A stretch of DNA of 32,000 nt, from assembly GCF_000400465.1 (NCBI RefSeq), contig NW_008806274.1, positions 180,244 to 212,243 on the forward strand, given 5' to 3'. Shown one piece after another: positions 9,877 through 19,305 of this stretch (its first letter is position 1; each line of letters begins with the position of its first letter). The stretch is from Wallemia ichthyophaga EXF-994 (lineage: Eukaryota; Fungi; Basidiomycota). The notes below the pieces were generated by a model. The model did not search any database. It was not told the origin of the DNA and saw only the letters and a program-made list of their open reading frames with translations. Made by a program: the position numbers and the translations under genes.

Positions 9877-11710
9877 TTACTCGATCTTTGTCAGCTCCAC
9901 TCTTCTCTTCTTTTTTACCGGGAGTTGATTTACCGTTGTGGGGGGAGCAGTGGTGGAGGGAGCGGTGATGGAGGAAGCGGAGGCTGAGGCATTTGAATTA
10001 GCTGAATTGTTTGTAGGCTGCATACCCTGTACACCCTGTAAACCCTGAACACCCTCCGCAATGGCGCTCATCTGTAACTGGTGCTGCTGCTCGCGGTACG
10101 GCGTGCCCAGCTCGTAAGGATCAAACACCACGATAGAGCAGTATCCATCTAGACTAGCCAACATGAGACATTGGCCATCAGGTGACCATGACACATCTGT
10201 AAACGCCGCCCAATGTAAATTAGACAAAATAGAAATTGGTGATAGTTGCTGAGTATCGTATAAGATAACACTCTCCTTACTTACTACGGCATATACCATT
10301 CTGTATGGCAACTCGAAAGCCGGTTTCTCAGTCCTGTCACGTAGATTGAATAGAATGGGATTGAAACGCACACCGACAGTGGGTGATTTATAGCCTGGGA
10401 GTACGGCGAGTGGAGTGCTGAGGTTATTGCGTCCGTATATTAACACCGAAGATTTGGATACAGTCTTCTTTCGTCCGTCGTTGGTATCGCTAGGTATGTC
10501 GTCGCACTGTGCGGAGGGAGTGACGAGAATACTTCCGTCAGGAGAAAAAGAGAGCCTCCTAAAGAACTGCGTGAAGCTCTCATCGCCATAGCTGATGCGT
10601 TCGTTGAGTTTGTGTTTTGTAGGCGGTTTGATAGCTGGAAGGGGGGATGGCGTGCGCCTGATGGGTGTAAGTGGTGAAGAGGTGTTTGATGGTATATTAG
10701 ACTGTGACTGTGATTGTGATTGTGATTGTGACTGCGACAAACTCGATCGACGCGATGGTGGCTGCATAGGAGTGTGCGTGGGGGTGAGCAACCCACTCTC
10801 CTTTTCCTTCTCCCTCTCCTTATCCTGGCTGGTATCACTGACGAAACTACCTGCACTAGCTTTCCTTCTAACGGGTTGAGTGTTTTTCTTCGTCGGAGTG
10901 TGTGCGTGCATGTCCGATTTAGAGAACTTGGATAGGGAAGTGAGTGAAAGACCATTAGGAGCATTCTTCACAGCATGAACGTTGAGTGTACGGTCAGAGG
11001 ATTGTGTGGCGAGGAGAGCGCCAAAAGGATCCCAACTAACGCCCTGCACGTAATGAGAATGTTCGGTAATCTGATACAGACAGACGCCATCGATGGCTGA
11101 GAAGATGCGTGCAGTGTTATCAGTGCTACCAGCAACGAAATGTTCACCAGTGGGACTCCAAGCGATATCGTAAACTTCAGCGTCTCTAGCGCACCTGGCC
11201 ATAATCCTCACGCGCCAAAACTCTTTTTCGAATTGAAGGTCTTCAGTGGAGGATTCACCATAAGAAGCCGTGTTTTGATCGCTGGGTATCCAAAGAAGAA
11301 CGTTTCCATCATCGCCTGCAGAAGCCAGTGTCTCGCCTGTGAGTTGAGTGAGTCGACAACCTACCGCGCCTGAATTGACGCTAACCTTTGGGACAGAATC
11401 TGACAACGTTAACGGGGTTAGTGTGTCTACTCAGAGTACACAAATACTCGGCGCGTGGCTGGTGTGGGTTTTGTATGATAGAATCGCCGCTGTCACGAAT
11501 ATTTTGGTGTGGATGGATAAGCCAGAGCTGATAACATTTATATTAGACAATATCCATTTATCCAGCTATTACACCCAAACCCACTCTAACTTGATGGTCT
11601 GCACCTGCAGTTGCCAACTTATAAACACCCAATGGGGAATTTGGCTGTAAATCCATACTATATATTGGTAGCTGATTGTGCCAGCGAATTTCCAGTGTTT
11701 TCGTACGCAT
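9877..11710 (-). CDS. CAC2: Chromatin assembly factor 1 subunit B (p60), WD40 protein, 3 exons (11710-11585, 11527-11386, 11336-9877)
   Basis: LEIRWH...PIYSMD, LATAGAD, LSRHTNPVNVVRFCPKGETLASAGDDG, HSHYVQGVSWDP, FFRRLSFSPDGSILVTP, LPYRMVYAV, NLHWAAFTDVSWSPDG, C-terminal KKKRRVEL (B-domain-like). Introns 11584-11528 and 11385-11337. Confidence 0.93.
10700..10738. repeat. Hexamer microsatellite (GAYTGT)n encoding a Ser-Gln repeat in CAC2
   Basis: gactgtgactgtgattgtgattgtgattgtgactgcgac encodes SQSQSQSQSQSQS on the minus strand. Confidence 0.85.
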
Positions 11711-11753
11711 CTTCGGTGTAAAAGTACAAGACGTTTGTTGAGATTTAACCATC

Positions 11754-12199
11754 ATGTCGACGGCACAATCAACTCAAATTAATCGCCATCATCTCCTAGC
11801 TCTCTTTAGAGCTTTACAAAGATCAGCCACTCGCTTCTCCAGCTACAACTTCCGCCACTACTTCCTTCGTAGAAATCGTGTGGCTTTTAGGGAGTTCTTG
11901 GGTATTCATCCCGTTGGTACTCCTACACACGGCCAGGCTGCTGATCAAGCCTCTGTAAATTCATTCTACTCCCACCAGCGTGATCAGCTTGGTGTCATTA
12001 GTAGAGCTGCAACCGTAAATCGCATGTTTGAGGGCGAGAGACTGGTCGTTGAGAGACCACGGATCATTACTGGTGGCGGTGGCGCTGGTATGGAAGCTAG
12101 TGCTGTGCGTTGCTTTATTACCCAAATGACGTCGTTGACTGACTTTCTACCCAGGGCGGCGCTGGTCAGCCAGTCAATCCAAAAGACTCAGACAACTAG
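11754..12199 (+). CDS. ISD11: LYR-motif mitochondrial Fe-S assembly protein Isd11/LYRM4, 2 exons (11754-12104, 12155-12199)
   Basis: LALFRALQRSATRFSSYNFRHYFLRR..AFRE and VISRAATVNRMFEGERLVVE match Isd11. Intron 12105-12154 (GTGCGT...CTGAC...CCAG). Confidence 0.85.
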
Positions 12200-12231
12200 T
12201 TGTTTGCTTAACTTATGTATTTCTTTCTCAA

Positions 12232-13158
12232 TTACATGACATCCTCGTACTCCTCATTTACTTGGAAGCTCTCACGTAGTGTACTCTCACTCATGTTGAA
12301 TGTCTGCGCCATTTTAGATAGTGCTGCGATAGTTCCATCTGTGTAGCTCTCCACTTGAGCCTTGGCTAAGGCATTGTACTTGCGCTTCTCATCGAGTGCT
12401 GCACTTCCACTCTTCCTAGCCCTGTACAGCTCCTCCTCTCTGTCCTTCGCCACGCTTGTCAGCCTGAGATACTCACTAACAAGCTCTTGCCGCTCGAGTG
12501 TGTCCTCATAGCCATCCTCCTGCAGTTGATCGAATGTAGCAATCGCAGCGTTGAGGATGGCAGTACCCTCAGCCACCTGCTTTGTCAGTGTGGTCTGGTC
12601 GTCCTCAGCCTTCTTCGCCGCATCACTCGGGAAAGACCAGTAGTCTGACTGAGAGGTGAGTTGCGAGTTTGCAAGTAGGTAAACCACTCTGCATCTCACA
12701 ATTGCTCGTCCCAATCTTCTCCTGCGATACAGCACTATCGTTGCACAGCTCAGTAAGGATATCTTTGATGCTCTGTGCGACTTGAGGGTGTGTTAGATGG
12801 ACACTGTGACGACAGCCTCATCTAACCGATTCCTTTGGCCTTCGGGACACTCTTCTCGAGCTCCTTCAGCTGTGTCGAGGTTGGATCGATGAGCACATGC
12901 AGTAAAATCCAGCCAACCTGGTAGAAATCTCTCTGTACCGTTCTCCTCAGAAAAGTTAAATTCCAGAGATGGTTCACTGACGGTCTCGTGCAAGTAGTCA
13001 AGGAACCTAAATACCCGGTTAGACCGGTGCATCTCTCAAGTATTGTGTACACTGCCAACCTCTTTTTCTTCTCGTCATGGGATAGGCGTTGTTTGGACTG
13101 GGTAGTTGACTATTTAGCTTGATGTATCTTATCAATCTGTACAGCACATAGGTACCAT
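12232..13158 (-). CDS. MND1: Meiotic recombination protein Mnd1, 7 exons (13158-13156, 13097-13060, 13006-12982, 12932-12918, 12869-12827, 12780-12700, 12644-12232)
   Basis: Manual splicing gives MSKQRLSHDEKKKRFLDYLHETRDFYQLKELEKSVPKAKGIVAQSIKDILTELCNDSAVSQEKIGTSNYYWSFPS, collinear with the Mnd1 N-terminal winged helix (LS.EEK..R...F.ET.D.FQLK.LEK..PK.KGI...SVK.VL..L..D..V..EKIGTSNYYWAFPS). Six GT-AG introns of 46-58 nt, all in-phase. Confidence 0.92.
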
Positions 13159-13694
13159 GCGTGTTATTTCAGTGTCTGTGATGATGGTTGAGGTTAAAGA
13201 GTTTTGCCTGCGTACAGGCGAATAATAAAATTCCAATAGAAATAGGAAAAGAAGTATTGGAGCTGTAATCTATCGGTAGCTTTCTCAGTTCCACAATTTT
13301 TAGGTACAATGACGATTTTAAGCGATCGATGCGCATGTGAACTCGGTGAAGAGCAATAGAGAGATCCCTGTGGTGCACTGCGCAGAAAGCACAGTAATCA
13401 CAATATTCAAACTACTCACAGCGTTGTTACTGTGTTTTCTACGTAACTCTACAGCCATCGGGAGCAGTGCCATATTGAAAAGTCTCAGACGGCGCGTGTA
13501 GTGATGATAACGATTTGGGGCTTAGACAGAGTGCATTTTAATATTCGTGATACTTCTTGTAGAGCTCCACAGCTGCGTGATTTACCCCCTTGATCGGCCA
13601 TCTGTACCAGAGAGCTCAGTCCACCCCTCCACCTGAGCAAGAATTGGAGCAATACAGAGCGAGTTGCGTATAAAACCATCTAAAATTACAAACG

Positions 13695-13700
13695 ACGCGT
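13695..13700. promoter_or_regulatory. MCB-like element ACGCGT in the divergent MND1/cyclin intergenic region
   Basis: Exact ACGCGT (context CGACGCGTAAA). A single hexamer is weak evidence. Confidence 0.3.
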
Positions 13701-13985
13701 AAATACGTGTATTCATTTGCATATTCATCTCTGTACCGCTGCTAACGGCCATGCCATGCCAGCGTGATCAAGGAGAATGTGACTTTAAGCTGCAGGATGA
13801 AAGTAAGAGAATTGAATATACAAATAAAGTAAATAAGAATATATATACAAAAACATTATAAGCTTTTACATCGTAGTGATCTGCAAAATCGACCAATCAG
13901 CTCCACCGAAAACCGGCGCAGCTATTAGCGGAAGTTTTCATGAACCGAGAAGAATTAATAACGGTGTAAAAAAGAGGGGAATGGA

Positions 13986-13991
13986 TATAAA
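13986..13991 (+). promoter_or_regulatory. Candidate TATA box for the cyclin gene
   Basis: TATAAA about 440 nt upstream of the cyclin ATG and upstream of the leader intron(s). Confidence 0.3.
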
Positions 13992-14330
13992 GGATACATT
14001 GATGGATACATTCGGGTGCTACTCACAACCCCGTTCACATAAACCTCTTTAAAATCAAACTCAGTCACCTTGAGGGCAGGTACGTTGTGATGAGGGAGAT
14101 GAAAGTTGATTTGGCGGATTGTAGTAGCATTAGAATACAAATATGTTTATGTAATTTACAAATTCAAACAATGAAAATTGGATGCTTTGTTGTATAGATA
14201 TCATCAGGTACACCCAGTGACAGCTACTCCAACCAAACCCTCGAGGAGAATAAAATTGGAATACTCTTGAACCAACACACTCACTTCAAATAAAACTATT
14301 TGCATACGCTTGCATATCTCATCCTAGAGT

Positions 14331-14392
14331 GTAAGTCAGGCATGAATATGGTTGCCTTATATGGACTAGTAATATTCTAACGACGGAATTAG
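14331..14392 (+). other. 5'-UTR intron of the cyclin gene
   Basis: GTAAGT donor, TTCTAAC branch site, TTAG acceptor, 62 nt. An in-frame TAG at 14325 upstream shows it is non-coding leader. Confidence 0.65.
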
Positions 14393-14428
14393 AATCGCTG
14401 TTGGACACGCTCTCTCAAACACTCCACG

Positions 14429-15695
14429 ATGCCAGCCAGTAACAACTCACTCAGATACAAGCTATCCTCCAAGTCTCTCAAGCACAAGAGCAGCAATGGT
14501 CGCATCTCAAAGCCTAAACAGACGCAACAGCGCAAGAAGCTCACCATCTCCCTCACCAATTCCCCCGCCTTGCCAAACCCGCTCAAAGAATCTGAGTACT
14601 TTGAGGATATCTGCTATTACATGCATCTCATGGAGCTTGAAACCCTCGGTGACCTCTCCCTTATCGATTCACAGCCAGAACTCGACTGGAGAATGAGGAG
14701 CTATCTTATCGACTTTCTCATCGAAGTCCACGCCCACGCACGTCTACGTCCCGAAACTCTCTACCTCGCCGTAAACATCATCGACAGGTACGTCTCCAGG
14801 AGAGTCGTCTTGAAGAAGCACTACCAGCTCGTTGGCTGCGTCGCTCTCTGGATCGCTGCAAAGTTCGAGGACGCCAAACACGCTATACCCTGTCTATCCG
14901 ATTTGGTTGTTAGCTGCTGTGGCATTTACGACGAGTCTGCCTTTGTTCAGATGGAATCCCATGTATTGAGTACTCTTGGTTGGGTTTTAGGTCATCCTAC
15001 AGCAGAGGTGGGTTGTTTCTTACTCTTATCTCTCTCTCTCACTCGAGCTACAGTCATGGCTGCGCATTTTCACTCTCGCTATCGGCACTGACGACATGCA
15101 GACGCAGCATGTAGCGCGTTGCGTGATGGAGATATCGCTCTACAGGCGGGAGTTTATTGATATTCCATCGTCGTCGATTGCCGCGGGGTCGCTTCTGCTA
15201 GCGCGGACGATAGTTGGTAGGACGCGTAGATGTGTTGAGGAGGACGAGCAATCGCTGCACGTAGCTGAGCTTCTCGACGGTTTCCTTGGTCAGCATCTTG
15301 ACCAATTGAGCGATATCATCTCGGCCAAGTATGCGCCGCATTACTACAGCAGAGCATCGCTTGTCGTGAAAGAGTGGTATTTGGCCGGCAGGAGATTCTA
15401 CTTCTACGCACCAGCTCTATCGCCCAGCTACGCTCACTCTACGCCCCCTCCTACCCCGCCATTCGGCGTCGCGGGCGATCTGCCCTACTCACCTGGCAGC
15501 ATGACTTCGGATGATGAAGCTCCCCTCACTCCTTACTCTCAGCCCGCTTCTATTCCCTTCGTCGCTAAGGAGAATAGAATGGAAATTAAACAGCCTCCCG
15601 AGCAATTCACATCACACAATCACCATAACCATCCTCACGAGCAGTATAAATCACATTCGTTTCCTAGCCTCGGTTTGAGCAATAAGGCGGTGTGA
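14429..15695 (+). CDS. G1/S-type cyclin (Cln/Puc1-like) with C-terminal PEST region, 2 coding exons (14429-15007, 15054-15695)
   Basis: Cyclin box MRSYLIDFLIEVH..RLRPETLYLAVNIIDRYVSRRVV...YQLVGCVALWIAAKFED; PTAESWLR across intron 15008-15053; S/T-P rich tail (SPSY, TPPPTPP, SPGS, TPYS). Confidence 0.9.
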
Positions 15696-16013
15696 TTTTG
15701 GGATTTGATCTGATAAGAAAAATAGCAGATTGCATGATAGTATTATCACTGGCGAGATGAATCATAATAATAACGGTGATGACTCAACCCAAGTACATAA
15801 ACTCACGAAGACGTTAAATATCCACGACAATAGCACCAGATTATACTCAGATACTCAAGTCTACAACACATTACCTAATTTATTAGTTACTCTACTCAGT
15901 AAGAAAGGAACCCAGAAGAGTATTATAACGCTCTCGCATTTCAACTCGACTCAACTCAATTTGTCCACTTTGTCTCAAAATTTCATATCAAGATACCCAT
16001 GCAAACAAAAGAA

Positions 16014-16035
16014 TTACAATCACAATCACAATCAC
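16014..16035. repeat. Hexamer microsatellite (CACAAT)n downstream of the cyclin
   Basis: ttacaatcacaatcacaatcac; reverse complement of the CAC2 repeat unit. Confidence 0.8.
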
Positions 16036-16390
16036 ATACACGCATTGATAACATATAGTGGCGCTTACCTTGATTTGATATCAGTATTAGAATCAGTATC
16101 AATATTTGGTAGATAGATAGTGCCCATTCCCCGCCCAATTCAATTTCACGCTCATTTAAGTTATACAAATTTTGCACATGAACTTTCGCTTTAAACTGTT
16201 TCCATACATCGGCATTTCGTTTTATTCGTGTTTGCTCCGTCTTCTCATGTTCCTGATTTCCCCTGACTACCCCTGGGTTGACTGGTGTCTTCTCAGGTGT
16301 TCCTGGGTGCTATCTTCTCTGTTGAATTCTTGTGTCTTGTGTTATGTCTTCTCTCCCGCCTTCCCTCTTACAGCCTCACCATCATCACAA

Positions 16391-18540
16391 ATGGGCAAAT
16401 CTCGTGGGTATCGAGTAGCAAATCAATAAACAGCTAATTATTCACCAGAAAAGCAGCCAAAGCGTGAGTTTATTGTGATATCGGCGTAGTACTCCACTCA
16501 TAAGGCTCAGAGAATGCAAAGAACGCGAAAGGAGGAGTGCGTATGAATATCTCCAAATCCAAGCATGTCAATAGGCAGCAGAAGGCTCCAAAATCAGGTC
16601 AAGGCCCAGCGGAATCACTGGATACAGCCATGGAAGCAGCACCCTTGACTTCAACATCAACATCATTTGCCGAGCTAGCAGCAGCAGCAGCGACTCAATC
16701 GAATACCTTTGACGAGAACAGCGTACATTACAATGACGAGCACAGCACGCACACACAAAAGGACTACTCTCACAGAGCGTATATGCGAGAACTAAAGCGA
16801 GTGCTCGATCTTTCCGACGTAATTCTCATGGTCCTCGACGCACGTGACCCTCACAACTGTCGCTCTGCCACTATAGAGCGTGAGATACGTCGTCGCGAAG
16901 GCGAGGGCAAGAGACTTGTCTTTGTGCTCAACAAGATAGATCTAGTGCCCAAGGAGAACGTTGAGCAGTGGCTCTCATTCCTACGTTACCAATATCCCAC
17001 TGTAGCTTTCAAGGCCAGCACCCAGCAGCAGCGTGCCCATCTCTCGCAGAAGAAAGGCAGCGCATCGGGCGGCTCGGCAGCTTCTACAGCCGACTGTTAC
17101 GGTGCTGACGGACTAGTGAATCTGTTGAAGAACTACACCCGGAATGCTAACCTCAAGACGTCAATTGTGTGCGGTATTATCGGATTTCCAAATGTGGGTA
17201 AGTCGTCCGTCGTCAACTCACTCAAGAGGAGTAAAGCTTGCGGCGTAGGTGCTGTGCCTGGTTTTACTCGTGTCGCGCAGGAGGTGGTTCTCGATAAGAA
17301 CATCAAAATCCTCGACTCCCCCGGTGTGGTTTTCGCGGATGGCGAGGACGGCGACGGCGAGCAGGAGCAGCACGAAGATGCAGCCAAAGTCCGCCGCCGA
17401 CAGGCTGAGATTGCGCTGCGGAATGTAGTCAAAGTGGAGAATGTAGATGATGTCCAACCTGCTGTGGAACTCATCCTCGAGCGTTGCACTCCTACCCACC
17501 TCACACAGCTCTACGATATACCCGCTTACGCGGGCGTCACTGACTTCCTGGTCAAGATGGCCCTCACCAGGGGGAGATTAGGGAAGGGGGGTGTACCCGA
17601 CTTGGTAGGTGCGGGGCGACAGGTGTTGCGTGATTACACCTCTGGCAAGATACCCTATTATACGCTGCCACCTAGATCGAGCTTGGGCGGGGGCGCTGGT
17701 GCAGCGACAATTAGATCCAAGCAGTCCAGTCTCTCCTCGGGCTTCTATCCGAAAGAGCAGCAGAATCAGACGCAGAGCGCACAGGAAAACAACAATAACA
17801 ACACGGATGCAGCTATCGTCAGCCAATTCGGCCAAGCTTTCGACCTCGCTGGGCTCATGGGGGAGAGTGACGCACAGGCTTTGGGTGGAGCTGGAACAGC
17901 GGACTGGAGCATTGGCGTTAAGAGAGGACGGGAGGAGGAGGGTAGAGATGTAGATGTGCAGGAGGTTGATCAAGTTGAAGCACAGCAGCCTGTGCACGCA
18001 GACCTGCGCATGGAAGACACTACAACCCATACCTCCCCTGCACACCACAGTATAGTATCCCTCCCACCGAAAAAGAAGAGACAGGTTGCAACACCTTTCT
18101 CTAATCAAAATCAGAATCAGAATCAGCACAGCAGGCTTTTCGCGCCGGGCGAGAGCGAGCAGTTCGCAGGCGCACACGCTTTGTCAAGACAGACACAGAA
18201 GAAGATACGCAAAATGGAGGCTAAAGCAAGGGCTAAGAGTGGTGCTTTGCCTATGTCTGGCCCGGGTGGGGAGGGCGAGCTTATGAAGGCGTTGAATGGA
18301 TTGGGTGTGGAGGGGATGATGGAGGGAGTGGATGAGGGAGAGGATGTCGATATCAGCAACCACAGTGATCAAGAAAACCATAGCGACAAGTCGGAACACG
18401 ACGAAGGATTAGATGGCGGTAGAAGCGGTTATGGGATGTCTATGTTCAGCGTTGCTCAGCCTGCGCCAGTTAGTGCAGGCACAGCACCATCTGCACCACA
18501 TGCACCACCTCAAATGATAGACGAAGACGAGGAGCTGTAA
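16391..18540 (+). CDS. NUG1: Nucleolar circularly permuted GTPase Nug1/GNL3/Grn1, 3 exons (16391-16403, 16449-16463, 16505-18540)
   Basis: RELKRVLDLSDVILMVLDARDP, G4 NKID, G1 GFPNVGKSSVVNSLKR, G2 PGFT, G3 DSPG, RGRLGKGGVPDL. Introns 16404-16448 and 16464-16504 extend the ORF in frame to ATG 16391. Confidence 0.9.
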
Positions 18541-18620
18541 ACGACGACTTGTTTGTAGCACACCACCATCACAGACACAGCAATAGACATAGAATTGATA
18601 TAATCCATTAAACATAAGAT

Positions 18621-19261
18621 ATGAGCCTGGTTGATATTTTTGAAGCAACTGCCATTATTCTAAACGTATATTTCACGCCTGTGTTGTTATCGGGGGAAAG
18701 AGCGTATACAGAGCAAACTGCCGAGTCACAGCCAACGTATGATTTCGTAGTGCCGTGGGCGCGCAGCCCAACACACACGAGCGTGTGTATCGCAGCTGGG
18801 GCAGTAGTGGTGGTGCTGAGTGGGGGAGTGGTACGAAAGGGTGGAATGAGGATGGTGAGTGGTGGAGTAAGCAAGCGCATACCGCGTTAACAGGAAGCAC
18901 ACAGCTAAATCAGCGCAAAGTGCTGTTATTCCTCGCGTCAATTGGGGTATTCTTCGCAGTGATTCAACTGCTAGGCGCACCTCTATTGCATTCATATACA
19001 CGCACAGGTAGCCTGGCAGTGCTGCTGTCGACTTACACAGCCCTTCCGGCGCTGATGGACGCGGCGGACTCACCAACGGTTCAAGATATTCTGCGGCAGA
19101 AGACACTCATCACGGCAACTTTGTGTATGGCGTGGCTGTCTATCATACCTATTGGCTTGGATTGGGATAGGCCCTGGCAAGTCTACCCGCTCAGTGTGTG
19201 CGTTGGCAGTTCTACTGGTTACGTCATTAGTCGATTGAGTGGTGTGTGGATGAGCGGATGA
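18621..19261 (+). CDS. GPI11: GPI ethanolamine-phosphate transferase subunit PIG-F/Gpi11, 2 exons (18621-18854, 18905-19261)
   Basis: Multi-TM protein with LLGAPL and the PIG-F signature AWLSIIPIGLDWDRPWQVYP. Intron 18855-18904 (GTGAGT...GTTAAC...CAG) joins the two ORF-track pieces in frame. Confidence 0.88.
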
Positions 19262-19305
19262 TTGGATGACTGGTGCGGTGGTTGTAGACGTTGCTCAGAT
19301 TGTAA

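Noticed and set aside
13169-13378. 69-aa minus-strand ORF upstream of MND1
   Set aside because: Splicing to the nearby GTGAGT donor gives only a 37-aa product or in-frame stops; no homology recognised.
13501-13636. Candidate box C/D snoRNA (GTGATGA ... CTGA)
   Set aside because: No terminal stem, no clear C'/D' pair and no rRNA complementarity I could recognise. An Infernal/snoscan search would be needed.
15730-16116. 128-aa plus-strand ORF after the cyclin
   Set aside because: Non-ATG start, Asn/His/Thr-rich and includes the CACAAT microsatellite; likely cyclin 3' UTR.
16120-16180. NLNEREIELGGEW resembles the Ist3/Snu17 N-terminus
   Set aside because: No RRM follows in any splice arrangement I could build; likely coincidence.
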